Of a stretch of DNA of 64,000 nucleotides, positions 1-14,584 are shown piece by piece. The first letter of the stretch is position 1, and every line of letters begins with the position of its first letter. Source of the DNA: Bugula neritina. Taxonomy: Eukaryota; Animalia; Bryozoa. The notes under the pieces were generated by a model that worked only from the letters and a program-made list of their open reading frames with translations, did not search any database and was not told where the DNA came from. Position numbers and translations under genes: made by a program. The stretch covers positions 879,628-943,627 of the forward strand of contig OZ037771.1 of NCBI GenBank assembly GCA_964035545.1, read 5' to 3'.

Positions 1-126
1 TGCAACGTCATTTAATTACATAATAAAGTGAACCAAACACCATATTACATAATAAACATGTCCCTCCCAACTACAAAATCTAATAATTTCACATGAAATA
101 TTGTAAATAAAAACACTATTTCTGAC

Positions 127-208
127 CTGAACTACCATCTTGTGCCAGCAGTTGATTCAAACACAAACTACAGATGAGTGCAGTGAGTATATAATGGAAG
201 CTCCTCAT
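127..208 (-). CDS. First coding exon of a secreted/membrane protein (signal peptide); gene continues off the left edge
   Basis: ATG at 208 encodes MRSFHYILTALICSLCLNQLLAQDGSS, a basic n-region, hydrophobic core and LLA-Q cleavage-like site. It is followed by a phase-1 donor CAG|GTCAGA at 126. Confidence 0.6.
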
Positions 209-1389
209 TTTATCTCTGCTAGTAACTCCTAGACCTTGTCTTATCTTACCATTACCTTCACCTGCAACACAGCCTTTGTATAACCAGCTTTTCTTACAAA
301 TACCAGTCAGTGTCGGCACAAAAATTCTATTGGTTGGAGTGAGTTAATGAATGGTTAATAATGATTACTAAGCCTTTACTGAATAGTATTAAAATAAAAG
401 TCTATTTGAAATATACAAGCTTATGAGCTAAGTTTAAAATAAATAAATATAGATACATCAAATTAATATTAAGAATTATACTTATAGTTATAGATGAGCC
501 TAAAATTACAAAATTTCTTAGATTTTACCCTTAAAAGCTGTAGCAGCACTACTACAAGTTGAAGTAAAACTAAAAATAATGAAATGAACACATTGATTTT
601 CAGTTAGTAGGTGGTATTAAACTTAAAGTATACAGATATTTATAAAAAAATTAACTACTCAATTATAACTTTATTCAATGCTCATTCATGTAACTAGAAT
701 GCCAAACCGTTAAGTTTAACGTTAATTCATAGTGCTATCAAGGCTAAATAGTAATATTTAAACTTAAGTTAAATGAATAACCAAATGGTATTCAAATACT
801 GAAATACTAATAGTAATACTAATAGTATTATTAGTATAAGTATAACTATTAGTATTACTATTAGTAATACTGTAAGTGTATTACTATTAGTATTACTATC
901 ACTATCAGTATCAGTCTAGCTGTTACCTCCTCCTGTATTTTTATTATAATTATAATCATACATGAAAAAATATTGTGATACCTAAAACAAATTTAATGTG
1001 AATAAGTTATGCAAACCTAATTAATTTGACAAGTTCATTTGCCTCAGATGATTCGAAAGGAATAACGTGCAACTGTAAGTGCTACAGCAAGTGCACGCGC
1101 GGCAGTGCCGCCATAAATTTGTTTATAATAGAAAGATGTATGTGATTCGCCGAGATGGCCATGTGAGATAACCTTAGAACTTGAATTTATTACTTACAGC
1201 TTTAATGGGTAAACTATAGTAATATAAACTTGGGCTTGCATAGATTTCGAAATACAGGCTGTGACAACAATTATCGGCTTGCGTCACAATAACGGTTTTA
1301 ATTTTTAACTTTATAAAGTATTTCTTCTGGCAAAGCTCTAACTTGTTAATAAACCAATATTATTTTGTAAATTTAGATGAAAATTAAAT

Positions 1390-4300
1390 ATGAGCTCTTC
1401 TAACAAAATTGATATGTCTCTAGGTGAGTAGTTGCTTGGGGTTTGATTGATGTAAATTGACTATTAAATCTCACACTTACTGTTAGTTTTGCTGACTCTT
1501 ACTCGTACTGTAACTGTTACTGTTAGTGTTACTGTTAGTCATTGTGATTGTCATTTTGATTGTCAGTAACTGTAAGTCAGTGTTAGACTTAGAGTAAGAC
1601 TGAGCGGTAAGAGTAAGAGTTGAGTTACACTTTTTGTAATGAGTTTGAGTTACTTAGATTTTAAAATTGACACTAGTGGGCTTATGTTAATTTTTTATAG
1701 TTATACTTATAGTTATTGAGCAAATGTGAGATTAGTCATTACTGATTACTCATTTAGTCATTAGTCATACTCATTAGACTAAACCAAAATAAAAATCAAA
1801 ATGTAAAGTTGACTTTTAATCATAATTATAATGAATTTAGCTTTATGAAATCAAGAGTCTTTGGATTTTCGCCAAGTGTCAAGTAGCATATTTAAATAAT
1901 AATTTTTATTTCATCATAATCAAAAAGCATGATTGTGGCTTACAATTAGCAATACAGCTGCTATTCTAACAGTGACAGACACAATAGCTGTAAGTCTAAT
2001 GCTAGTGAAATTATAATGTTAAACCTAATGCTTTGAGTTTATGTATTTATAAATAATATATTATAATAATTATTTATCTATAACTATGCAATATCAATAT
2101 GAATATGAATAGCGATAAAAAATTAATATGAAGACAAAACTTACAGTGAAACTAAAAGTAAAGTACCATCACAAAAATGAAAAGGGTACCATTTTTAATT
2201 TGGTGTAAAATATTTAGTACATCATTCAGTTTTTTTTATTAGAACCTCATTTATTAATGATGTTAAACTTTATGCATTTGGGGATTATTTTTGCCTTTCC
2301 ATAATTATCAGTTCAGTATCATATCGTTTTCACATCAGATTGAGTAAAATGTTGACATATAGTTTAGACTTAGTCCCTGTTCCCCGTAATTAAGTTACTA
2401 TTACTACTAAAATTGTGATTTTATAGTTAAATATTATCGCTTTGGTTATGAATGATTATTAATTAAGCATCATTAAATAAGCCAGTCAACTGACTTCAAA
2501 AATATGTTGTGTGCTCAAGTTAATATAACAAATTCAGTTCTACTAGTTAGACTGCCGGCATAATATCGTTGTTCTTCACTTCATTTGTTAGATGAAATAA
2601 TTAAACTGAACAGAAAAAAGGTGAAGACTGAAAAGAAAGATCTTCAACCTAAGGACAATTTTCAAAGAGCAGGTTGGTCTTAATAAATACAGGTTTTACT
2701 AATGTAGTAAGTGTGATAGATGGTAGCTAGTAAGTGCAGTATTTAGTGAGTACATTTGCTGTAGTAGGTAGTAAATGCTAGTTTCAAAGAACATTTTGAT
2801 CTAAAAAAGCAATACTTAAAGCAATGTTTATGCTACGTTGATTTATTGTATGATCATCACTTTTCTAATGTTACTCATCAATTAAATAACTGAACAATGA
2901 GAACTCATCTAATTTCTCATTTTTGCATTACTGAAGGTAGAGGTCGTGGTGGAACTATTAGAGGTCGTGGTGGAGCTGTTAGAGGTCGTGGTACAACTTT
3001 TAGAGGTCGTGGGATAACTATTAGAGGTCGTGGTGGAACTGTTAGAGGTCGTGGTACAACTGTTAGAGGTCGTGGTACAACTATCAAGGGTCGTGGTACA
3101 ACTATTAGAGGTCGTGGTGCAGCTGTTAGAGGTCGTGGTGCAGCTGTTAGAGGTCGTGGGAGCAGCATTGTATCAGATGCTAAAACTAGAAAGCAAACTA
3201 CCTACAAAGTACCCAATAAATTAAGAAAATATGCAACTCAGAATGCTGTAAGTTTAGTATTGCGTGGAGTATTAGAAGTTTTCATGTTTGAACTTTGCCT
3301 TTCATAATTGACTGCTTTACTTTTTGTCTCTTGCAGAAGTTCACCGGGGCTAAAGGAAATGCCCAGCAAAAGCGAAAGCTGTCTCAAGCCCATCACAGGA
3401 GGAACGCCGTCAACAGAGCTAGACAGACTATCTTCAATAATGTCCGTAACCAGCAGAGACTGCTGAGGAGTAACCTCGTCAACAAACACAGAGGCATCGC
3501 TGCCGACGTAAGCATTAACTGCATTCGGCAGGTCATCAGACTAATTCAGTTTACAGCCTTGGCCAGCCCCTAGCAGTGACTCACAACTTTTCTCAGTTAC
3601 TCTTAGTTACTCACAACTCCTCACAGTTACTCTTAGTTACTCACAACTCCTCACAGTGACTCGCAATTCCTCACAGTTACTCACAACTCATTATAGTTAC
3701 TCAAAACTCATTATAGTTACTCAAAACTCCTCACAATTACTCACAACTCTTCTCAGTTACTCTCAACTCCTATCAGTTACTCTCAACTCCTCTCCGTTAC
3801 TCACAACTCATTATAGTTGCTGACAGTTTGAAGTGTCGGTCACTGTAAAGGGAGTTGATGAATCAGATAAGGTTCAGGATCAGATAACTGATTAGAAACA
3901 AATGAAATAAAACAGTTTTCTCTTTTATTTTAGTATATTTTTATTCATCATGCTGCGTTTTTGAGCTGAGGTTTAGTCATGTGATGTTTTACTTTTTACA
4001 GCAATTATTTTTAGACATCAATGGGCAATCAAGCTGCTGTGGGCACTACTCGTGGAAGGAGGAAGCTGACGAGACCTGGTTTTGGGGTCATGCACGCTGA
4101 CCTTGTGGAAATTGAGAATGAGCAGAAAAAGCAAGCTCTAGTAGCAAAGTACGCTGGTGAAGCAGCAATCTCAGCTCAGCAGAGTAAACAACCAATCAAA
4201 CGAATGTAAGATTCATTTTTCTATCTTCAGTGGGTTGATAACTCCTTCTCTCAGCACAAAATAAACTTTTCATTTCATATTCCATAAATTAAATATAATA

Positions 4301-6680
4301 ATTTGCAAACTGATAGTCTTTTCCCCTTTGTTATCTAGGCCGATAGCTATGTCCTTCTCTACTTTATAGACTGGCAAATCCTTTTTCATGCTGTGTAGAC
4401 CGAATACTCCCTCTCTTTGTACTTTTTAAGCCTATACTTTTCCTTTTCTATAATCCTCTATATAAATCAAATCTCCTTAATGTATATCATGTAATGGGAA
4501 TTTAAATGCTTATATATTTATGTATATGTATATACACACACACTCACACACATTACAACATAACATCATGGTGTACTCAATCACTGTAGTTGATTCAAGT
4601 AGCATATTCTGTATAATATATAATTTGTAAGACTGAGCTTACTAGATTTAAGAGTTGTCATCTCATTTAATGTTTCATAGTCTACACTAACGACTCCTAT
4701 TTGCTAATAATATTGTTTGATTTGCTTTTCAAAGCTTTTTATTTTTTATATGTACATGATTTTTTATCATTTCGTTTCATATTTGTCTTTCAGGTGGCAA
4801 AGAAAAACCAAAGACAAAGTTCAAGTGCCTCCCAACCCAGCCATTAAGACTGAGCCTGGTCCTATACTCACAGTCTCTGTTCACAACGAGCAAGCATCTG
4901 CAGGTTTTACAAGCAGGTAGTAGACTCACTTCTACTCTATACACTGTAGACTTAGTTCTACTCTATACACTGTAGACTCAGTTCTACTCTATACACTGTA
5001 GACTTAGTTCTACTCCATACACTGTAGACTCAGTTCTAGTCTATACACTGTAGACTCAGTTCTATTCTATACACTGTAGACTCAGTTTTATTCTATACAC
5101 TGTATACTCAGTTCTATTCTATACACTGTAGACTCAGTTCTATTCTATACACTGTATACTCAGTTCTAGTAGAAGTTAGTATTAGTACACTGTAGTCTAG
5201 CTACATAGAGTCATTGATTGCAACTCATTATAAAATCAATGTGTCATGGGGTTTTCACAGGAACTTTATGATGCAATAGGTAAATTTTTGACATGCAATA
5301 TGTAAAATTTTATGACACAATTTATAGGAAAGCATGTTGATATTAGTGTCTTGGTTACTGTGGAAAATGGGTTTTCAGGGTTCTTTCCCAACAGAGAATG
5401 ACTCAATAACTTGCCCCATCTGTTCAGATGTCTACATGTATATCACTCTCCATGTCTATGTATATCACTCTATATGTCTATGTGTATATCACTCTATATG
5501 TCTATGTATATCACTCTATATGTCTATGTGTATATCACTCTATATGTCTATGTGTATATCACTCTATATGTCTATGTGTATATCACTCTATATGTCTATG
5601 TGTATATCACTCTATATGTCTATGTATATCACTCTATATGTCTATGTGTATATCACTCTATATGTCTATGTGTATATCACTCTATATGTCTATGTATATC
5701 ACTCTATATGTCTATGTGTATATCACTCTATATGTCTATGTATATCACTCTATATGTCTATGTGTATTTCACTCTATATGTCTATGTGTATATCACTCTA
5801 TATGTCTATGTGTATATCACTCTATATGTCTATGTGCATATCACTCTCCATGTCTATTGTATGTCTCTAACAGGGTAGAACAGGCTCAAACTCCTAGAAC
5901 ACATACTGTAGCCAATAGAATTTTGCGAAACACTCTGCAGCAGCCGATACGGCAAAGACGTCTTCTTCAGCGAAGAAGTCGAGGAGCTGGAGGTGGCCGA
6001 TCTAGTCAAGTGAGAATACTTAACAACACTATTCACAAGCTACGGCAGCAGGTGTCCTCACTTCAGCAGGTGCAGGTACTTGTCATATAGCTACTATGCA
6101 TCTGCCACTCTACTAGCAGGTACTTGTCATATAGCTACTATACATCTGCCACTCTACTAGCAGGTACTTGTCATATAGCTACTATACATCTGCCACTCTA
6201 CTAGCAGGTACTTGTCATATAGCTACTATGCATCTGCCACTCTACTAGCAGGTACTTGTCATATAGCTACTATACATCTGCCACTGTACTAGCAGGTACT
6301 TGTCATATAGCTACTATACATCTGCCATTGTACTAGCAGGTACTTGTCATATAACTACTACCTATCTGTCAGTCTACTAGCAGGTACTTGTCATATAGCT
6401 ACTATACATCTGCCACTCTACTAGCAGGTACTTGTCATATAACTACTACCTATCTGTCAGTCTACTTCATGCTTTTGAATCACCAATTGTTTCTTCATTT
6501 TGCTATAGCATCATAACAGTATGGCATTGCTTGCATTAAATACTAGTACTAGGTATTTCTGTGTCCTTGTAGAACAACAGGCACGGACAATTCAGAAACC
6601 AGAATTTCACAAGGGGGCGCTATCAAAGCAATAAGACATTCAGAGCAAATCAAGGTGGATCTCGTACAGTCAGATGGTAG
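1390..6680 (+). CDS. FYTTD1: UAP56-interacting factor / forty-two-three domain protein (mRNA export adaptor), 8 coding exons
   Basis: Exons 1390-1423, 2592-2672, 2937-3247, 3337-3507, 4015-4205, 4794-4916, 5874-6075 and 6573-6680 join in frame through GT-AG introns. They give an N-terminal UAP56-binding motif KIDMSLDEIIKLNRK, internal W...PILTVSVHN (cf. UIF GILTVSIDN) and C-terminal NQGGSRTVRW* (cf. UIF NKGGSRFV). No RRM is present, which argues against ALYREF. Confidence 0.8.
2940..3160 (+). repeat. Coding 21-bp tandem repeat (RGRGxxV/I, ~10-11 units) in FYTTD1 exon 3
   Basis: AGAGGTCGTGG recurs every 21 nt, in frame. Confidence 0.9.
3575..3820. repeat. Intronic ~20-bp minisatellite
   Basis: Degenerate units of GTTACTCACAACTCCTCACA. 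Confidence 0.85.
4921..5170. repeat. 26-bp minisatellite starting at the exon-6 donor
   Basis: TAGACTCAGTTCTATTCTATACACTG units begin 4 nt after the GT at 4917. Confidence 0.9.
5429..5860. repeat. 22/24-bp minisatellite ending at the exon-7 acceptor
   Basis: TATCACTCTATATGTCTATG(TG)TA units run to ~13 nt before the AG at 5872-5873. Confidence 0.9.
6073..6465. repeat. 44-bp minisatellite (~9 units), each unit carrying the CAG|GTACTT splice donor
   Basis: Unit CAGGTACTTGTCATATAGCTACTATRCATCTGCCACTCTACTAG; the first copy spans the true exon 7/intron junction. Confidence 0.9.
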
Positions 6681-8567
6681 TGTGCCTCAAAATAAAATTT
6701 TACATACTCGGATGACGCTAAATTCTCTTAAAAATTATCATACAAATTAATGACAATGTCACTTTTTCAAATTTATGTTTAACTAATTTATTTCTAATCG
6801 TTTGTCCTGTTTGTTTTTGTGTTCTGTACATTGCTTTTATTTACCCGCAGACTTGATAAGCCACAGCTTTATCCTTGTAAATGGAATTTATTTCTGTTAG
6901 TTTTTGTCTAGGCTGGTACCTATTTATGAACCTAATGGGTTTTTTATTTAGATAGTTAGAAATACATTTTTAATAAGTACAGCTTCTATAACATTGATTT
7001 GTTGCTGTGATTTTAGTCAGTGTTGGCCATTACTATTTTTAACTGTATTAGTTGATTTCATTGCTATTGATATTAGTTTGTAACCATTTCCACTTCATGT
7101 ATTTAATTTGCTTGTATAATAATGCTATATTTTTCAAACCACCTCAATATTTTTCTTATTACTTCCAAAAATGGTTACTCAAAATTGATGTATAAAAATA
7201 CTTTTAAGTAGAAATAACAATATGAGTAGTTACTTGCACAAAGTAAATTATTTAGAAAAAGTTTTATTTGAACTGTAGAGCAATGCATTTGCCAAAATAT
7301 GTTAGTACATGTATAAGCCAATTTTCCTGAGCAGTGCGTTTTACTGGGGTTATTCTCTCCGTCAATGGTTAGCGTTAAATTGCGTAGATGGCTTTAGCGG
7401 TCGTAAATTTATTCGATATAAAAAGGTCACCCGCTGATGGGAACAATAAAATAATAATATTATAAGCGTACTAGACCTTTTCTCGACGCATTGAATTTAA
7501 TGCCTGGCAATTGGCATGCAATGCCATACATATGAATATGGCAATGTATGCCAGAAATTGTAGAATTATTAAATAATATTATTGTGATAATAATGTGAAT
7601 ATAATTAAACTTTAACTATATTACTTAAGTATAAGTATACCAATCTGAGTATGAATATATGGGAATAGTTCTATAAGCAGCGCCGAGTTGGTAGTGGATG
7701 AGTGCAGTAGTTTGAGGTCTCAATTTTGGCGTTGGGGACGTAACTTTGACCGTCAGACCCCCCAAACTTATGCACTCATTTGAGATGTTTATAGAACTAT
7801 TCACATAACAGAATTTTGATAGCCTAAGCTCTTTTATTTTATTATTGAATTTTGGTTTGGGACACAAGCTGAAATTCTCGCAAAAACATAACATTCATGC
7901 TACATTTCTAATCTAAAGCACACGGGCTCGCATTACAGTGATTGCTGCACCTACCCCGGATTATCAACTTCAAGCCTTACATTAGTTATACTTACTCTTG
8001 TCTTATGACTTATAGTAATATTTTAATAGTAATACTAATGGTAACACCAAGTCTAACTATGATACTAAAACCTATTAGTATTCGTATTACTATAGTATTA
8101 CTATTACTATTAGTATTACTATTATAATTATAATTAGTATTACTATTAGTATTAGTATTACCATTACTGATTACAGTATGAGTATGAGTATTACTATTAG
8201 TATTACTATTAGTATTAGTATTACTATAACTGTTAGTATTAATAAGTATGACTGCTGATAACTACATTTGCTACTACATCTATTACTACTGCTGCTGTGG
8301 CTGCCACTAGTGTTACTACTGCTACCACTACTTTTAGTGACTAAGTCTATGTTAATGTTTGTGTCCCTTAAATTAAAATTAGACGTAAAGAACAGTTTTT
8401 TAGCTTGAGTATATCTTAAATTAATATTATGTCTTCTTGAAACAATGCTTAACTCAAAACTGGTGTCTTGGTGCAAAGCATATTGCCGTGAGCTTTTATA
8501 TCCTCAAAAACTGTCTTTTTCAAAATTAACCTCAAAATTCTGGTCTTCTTTAGGCTCTGTGAAAAAT

Positions 8568-11500
8568 ATGGAGCCAACAAAAGCCACCAGTACAGGTGAA
8601 GTAGCTGCTGCAAGACTCACCTGCCCAATATACAGTGTCCAGAATGACAGTTCTGTCTTCGCCAGACTGATGACCTATACATCGTTTAGTAATCCCTTTG
8701 TTACTTCCTTCAGCTGTGCTCAGGCTGGGTTCGAGTACCTTGAGCAAGGGAATGCTCTAGGTTGCACTGAGTGCAAGCTACAGATAAGTAACATCAGTCA
8801 GCCCTTTGATCCCTTGGCGCTTCACCAGGCTCTTTCGGAGTTTTGTCCTCTAGCGAGAGACTCTACTGATGTGTCAGGTAATAAAATTTGTTTTAAATTA
8901 TAAATTATGTTTCATACAAATAATATACTCCATAACCTATGAATTTGTGAGAAAAACGAATTGGTATATTTTTTATAAAAATTTGTTGAGTTCAGAAAAA
9001 CTGAAGTTTAATGGCTGCAAAGTGATTTTCAAAAAAGTTTTACAATCAAATGTGTCTAAAATTAGTTGCCAAAATATAGTTTTTGAAATTGCTTTTTGTT
9101 TGTTTTGTAATCAACATGTAACATGCTGCCGTGTTTATCACATTAGGCGTGTCATGGGCAGATGAAGTTGCTGCCGATGGTGATGGGGTGGTGCAGCTCC
9201 AGCATGGCGACAGCGAGCTGGAGGTGTACGAGAAACGGCACGCACGCAGGTGTGTGGTTCTTATTATATACAATGCCTATCGTCTCTTCCTAGATTATAT
9301 TCCCAATTTTTCTTTATTATGGAATTGAATTTGAGGATCACATAAGCTCAGTTTTATTTAAGGTTTTGCTGTCATAGCTTTTATACTATAAATAGACTGA
9401 CTGCAACTTTTTGCTCAGCACCAATAAATGAAAAGTTTTCAATGGGAATTCTAAAAGAAAAATATAGATGGTATTCTTATAAAATGTTGTTTAACTTTTT
9501 AACTTTTTATACATGGCAGCTCTTTAAGTTAGAAGTAGAAAGCTTTACATGTCTTATCCAATCTTACAATCACCTGTCAACTACTTGTTGACTCACTTGG
9601 CAACCACCTGTCAATCACTTGTCAACCACCTGCATATTACAGGGTAAATAGCACCTTGTATGGAACTCTTAGAGGTCATTTGGAAGCTCCAGTGATTGGT
9701 GATATGTTCTGTGAGAAAAATCGGCAGCGATCGTTTCTGGACGGCGAAGTTGTTGATGATGCTGCCGCACTGCAGTTGGCTTGGAGGGGTCTATTTCTAC
9801 AAGGTACTTTCAGCAGTGTATGACCTATAAAACTCTACACTCTACTCGTATATATGACCTATAAAACTCTACACTGTACTCGTATATATGACCTATAAAA
9901 CTCTACTCTGTACTCATATATATGACCTATAAAACTCTACACTCTACTCGTATAAATGAGGCATTGCATTCTCTAGAATCTGTTGTTTTACTTCTATGGT
10001 GGTTCATCTAAACCTTTCTGGTAATATAGCAATATCTTTTATCAACATAAGTTATATTATAGTATTATATTACATTTTAGTACTATTATATTATATTATA
10101 TTATATTATTACATTATATTAATATATCAATTGTTGTTAAAAGTGCTTTGAACAACCAACAAATTAAACGCCATTTTCTCTTCAGTTGTTAGAATCATGC
10201 CTTTGTAATTAAGAAAATGCTGAGAGGTTATTATAATGCTCAGGGTGGTTTCAATAATCCGTGAAGGTGAAGGTCAACAGTATTTGCCTTTCATTGCAGA
10301 GAGAGTAGACGGAAATGCTATTGTCTGCCAGTTCTGTAGCTTCTCTTTCCCTTTGATCCATGAGTCATCACTGAATGTTCCTGAGGTTCTATGTCAGCAT
10401 GATCAGAGACGCTGCATACCAGGTGTGTGCTGGTGTGAGTCTGTACAATACTTAACCTAAGTGTCACCTAAACCTGCAAGATTTGAGGTGTTTCAGGGGA
10501 GAAAACTCTTTACAAAACGTCACGTCATATTGCGATAGCGTATAGCAACTCTTATTCAAGTGAATTTAATATTTCACTTTAGAATGTTCAGAAAGTGTCA
10601 AATGACCTGTAAACTTGTGCTTTAAGAAAAGCTGCTCATTAATAAATTGAAGTGATTGTGGCGCCATATTGAATTATCAAAGCATAACATGTCTACAGTA
10701 TATTAGGATAATATAGCCTTCCAGAGATGCTGGTACACCTTGTCATACATCTAGGAGTGGTTCACCATTATTCAATATTTAGTCGGCCATTTGTTTTTTA
10801 TTACCATGGAAACATCATGTCCTAAATTAACTCCAAACACTCAGTTAGTTATATGTTAGGCCGTATATAGTCAGTAGCTTGCAAACTAGATATCATCATC
10901 TCTATAACATTGTTAAGGATAGTTCTGTGAATGGTGCTATGTGAAGGCCTCCCAGTTATGTTACTCTCAGCTTGCTTGTCTTCAATTGTTTAGAGAGAAA
11001 CATTTCTGATGTACTCAATCCCTATTTATGGGGTGATCTGCACACCGTCCCCTCAACTGATGCCAATTCTGAGGGCGATGAGAGACGAATGGCTAACCCA
11101 CAGCTTAGGATGGATACTTTTCTCACGTGGCGTCGGGAAAACACCGTCTCTTCTGAACACTTGAGTGCAGCTGGATTCTATTACACAGGTTCCTGCATCA
11201 TGCTTGTAGCTGTTGGGTATAGAGCGCTTGCTAGCCTGTGCTCTCTAGCTATTTAGTGGTTAAATGTTCTCTTCCTCTCACTCGGCCATGCAACCTATCA
11301 AATTACAACTTTCAAATGCTCAATTTATAACATGTATTTATATTCCCCAATTTCTGAAAACAAATTATGTTGTCTGCAGTTGAGCATTATTTGAAGTTCA
11401 ACACTTGTAATACTACTAACTCAACACGTCTTCTGATAATACTACTACCTCAACACGTCATCTGATAATACTACTAACTCAACACGTCTTCTGATAATAC

Positions 11501-14500
11501 TACTACCTCGACACGTCTTCTGATAATGCTATCTGTCTCATGTAGGAACTGATGACCGGGTCCAGTGTTTTTCTTGCGACGTTGAGTGTTCCCATTGGGC
11601 GCCTTCGGAGAACCCGTGGGTGCGACATGCTCGCTCAACTAAGTACTGCCGGCACGTTGAGGCAAAGCAGGGAGTCGACTATTTCCGGCGCGTCATGAAT
11701 GAGTTTGGACCTTACACTGAGGAGTCGGCTGTTGTTAGGAACATGGTGAGTTGTCTGTTCTATATGCAGACGTTAGTATTACTAACTAGCAGGTTGGTAT
11801 GTAGCAGTTGTACAGCTAGGAGATACTTCTAGAAGATTCTCCCATATTACGTCTCAGTGTATCTGAAGGAGTTATGCCCCCTTCCTCAATATCCAGATAG
11901 ATCACCTTAGCATGTTCTGTTTTATTTGTGTAGACGGTAACCGATAGAATGCTGAGACCCCGCATGGACTCACTTCCTGTCCAGCGAGCTCTGGATATGA
12001 ACATACCTAAGAAAGATGTGACAAGGGTGGTAGCCCGGCGCCTGCAGGTGCGTAGTACTCTATACTGCTATTACAACTTACGAGTATAGGGATTGTCTTC
12101 TCTCTACGTGGGACATTGTGGTGAAGTGGAGATTAACCTAGAACTTTACAGCTCTGTCCATGTAATGCAGTCAATAGTCGATTATTCTAATCTTTCAGAA
12201 TAGAGAGCCTGACTTCAACAATGCAGCTGACATTGTAAGGGAGGTGTCAGCACTTAATGAAGGTGTCAGAACAGATCCGCAAGTGCCTCTTGTCCTGCCA
12301 ACCATCAGCAAGTGTCCCGGGAACCAGGAGATGACTACCGACATGGTGTGTTGTGTATACTGTATTATATCTATACAGTGTGTTGTGTATACTGTATTAT
12401 ATATATATACAGTGTGTTGTGTATACTGTATTATATCTATATGGTGTGTTGTGTATACTGTATTATATCTATACAGTGTGTTGTGTATACTGTATTATAT
12501 ATATACAGTGTGTTGTGTATACTGTATTATACCTATACAGTGTGTTGTGTATACTGTATTATATCTATACAATGTGTTGTGTATACTGTATTATATATAT
12601 ACAGTGTGTTGTGTATACTGTATTATATCTATACAGTGTGTTGTGTATACTGTATTATGCCTATACAGTGTGTTGTGTATACTGTATTATATCTATACAA
12701 TGTGTTGTGTATACTGTATTATATATATACAATGTGTTGTGTATACTGTATTATATATATACAGTGTGTTGTGTATACTGTATTATATTTATACAGTGTG
12801 TTGTGTATACTGTATTATATATACAGTGTGTTGTGTATACTGTATTATATCTATACAGTGTGTTGTGTATACTGTATTATATCTATACAGTGTGTTGTGT
12901 ATACTGTATTATATCTATACAGTGTGTTGTGTATACTGTATTATATCTATACAGTGTGTTGTGTATACTGTATTATATCTATACAGTGTGTTGTGTATAC
13001 TGTATTATATATATACAGTGTGTTGTGTATATTGTATTATATATATACAGTGTGTTGTGTATACTGTATTATATCTATACAGTGTGTTGTGTATACTGTA
13101 TTATATCTATACAGTGTGTTGTGTATACTGTATTATATCTATACAGTGTGTTGTGTATACTGTATTATATATATACAGTGTGTTGTGTATACTGTATTAT
13201 ATCTATACAGTGTGTTGTGTATACTGTATTATATCTATACAGTGTGTTGTGTATACTGTATTATATCTATACAGTGTGTTGTGTATACTGTATTATATAT
13301 ATACAGTGTGTTGTGTATACTGTATTATATCTATACAGTGTGTTGTGTATACTGTATTATACCTATACAGTGTGTTGTGTATACTGTATTATATATATAC
13401 AGTGTGTTGTGTATACTGTATGATATCTATACAGTGTGTTGTGTATACTGTATTATACCTATACAGTGTGTTGTGTATACTGTATTATATCTATACAGTG
13501 TGTTGTGTATACTGTATTATATATATACAGTGTGTTGTGTATATTGTATTATATATATACAGTGTGTTGTGTATACTGTATTATATCTATACAGTGTGTT
13601 GTGTATACTGTATTATATCTATACAGTGTGTTGTGTATACTGTATTATATCTATACAGTGTGTTGTGTATACTGTATTATATATATACAGTGTGTTGTGT
13701 ATACTGTATTATATCTATACAGTGTGTTGTGTATACTGTATTATATATATACAGTGTGTTGTGTATACTGTATGATATCTATACAGTGTGTTGTGTATAC
13801 TGTATTATACCTATACAGTGTGTTGTGTATACTGTATTATATCTATACAGTGTGTTGTGTATACTGTATTATATCTATACAGTGTGTTGTGTATACTGTA
13901 TTATATCTATACAGTGTGTTGTGTATACTGTATTATATCTATACAGTGTGTTGTGTATACTGTATTATATCTATACAGTGTGTTGTGTATACTGTATTAT
14001 ATCTATACAGTGTGTTGTGTATACTGTATTATATCTATACAGTGTGTTGTGCATACTGTATTATATATATACAATGTGTTGTGTATACTGTATTATATAT
14101 ATACAGTGTGTTGTGTATACTGTATTATATCTATACATTGTGTTGAACATTGCAGATGAAAGCCAAGTTTCATTGGAGCCGTCCCGCTTTACAGGACTAT
14201 CTGAAGGTTGTGTTAGGGGAAGAGCATTGGGGGGAAATAATTGAGAAGCACACTCGGGTACGTACTAATACTAAGTGTACGTACTATATCACTAAGTGTA
14301 CGTACTGTCACTAAGTGTACGTACTGTCACTAAGTGTACGTACTGTCACTAAGTGTACGTACTGTCACTAAGTGTACGTACTGTCACTATCAGCTGACAA
14401 AATATGCCCAATAGGTTGCACAGTATTTGTAGTAGAGTATAATATATATAATAATATATTGTAATATTTATAATATAATGCAATATGTGTGGTATAATGT

Positions 14501-14520
14501 AATATGTATAGTGTAATGTA

Positions 14521-14584
<64 letters not shown>

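Noticed and set aside
5334-6090. Three overlapping ORFs with CISLYMSM-type repeats
   Set aside because: Intronic minisatellite; only 5874-6075 is an exon.
1390-6680. ALYREF/THOC4 assignment
   Set aside because: Shares the N-terminal UBM and an RG tract but has no RRM, and carries UIF-type ILTVS and GGSR motifs.
7500-7555. Short palindromic cluster (TGCCATA...TATGGCA); similar inverted repeats at 48965-49135
   Set aside because: No TSD or TIR pair and no RNA-gene features could be defined; likely low-complexity or decayed MITE sequence.
12244-14244. 666-aa and overlapping C/V/Y/I-rich ORFs
   Set aside because: Stop-free translation of a 32-bp intronic minisatellite, open in several frames; the real exons splice around it.
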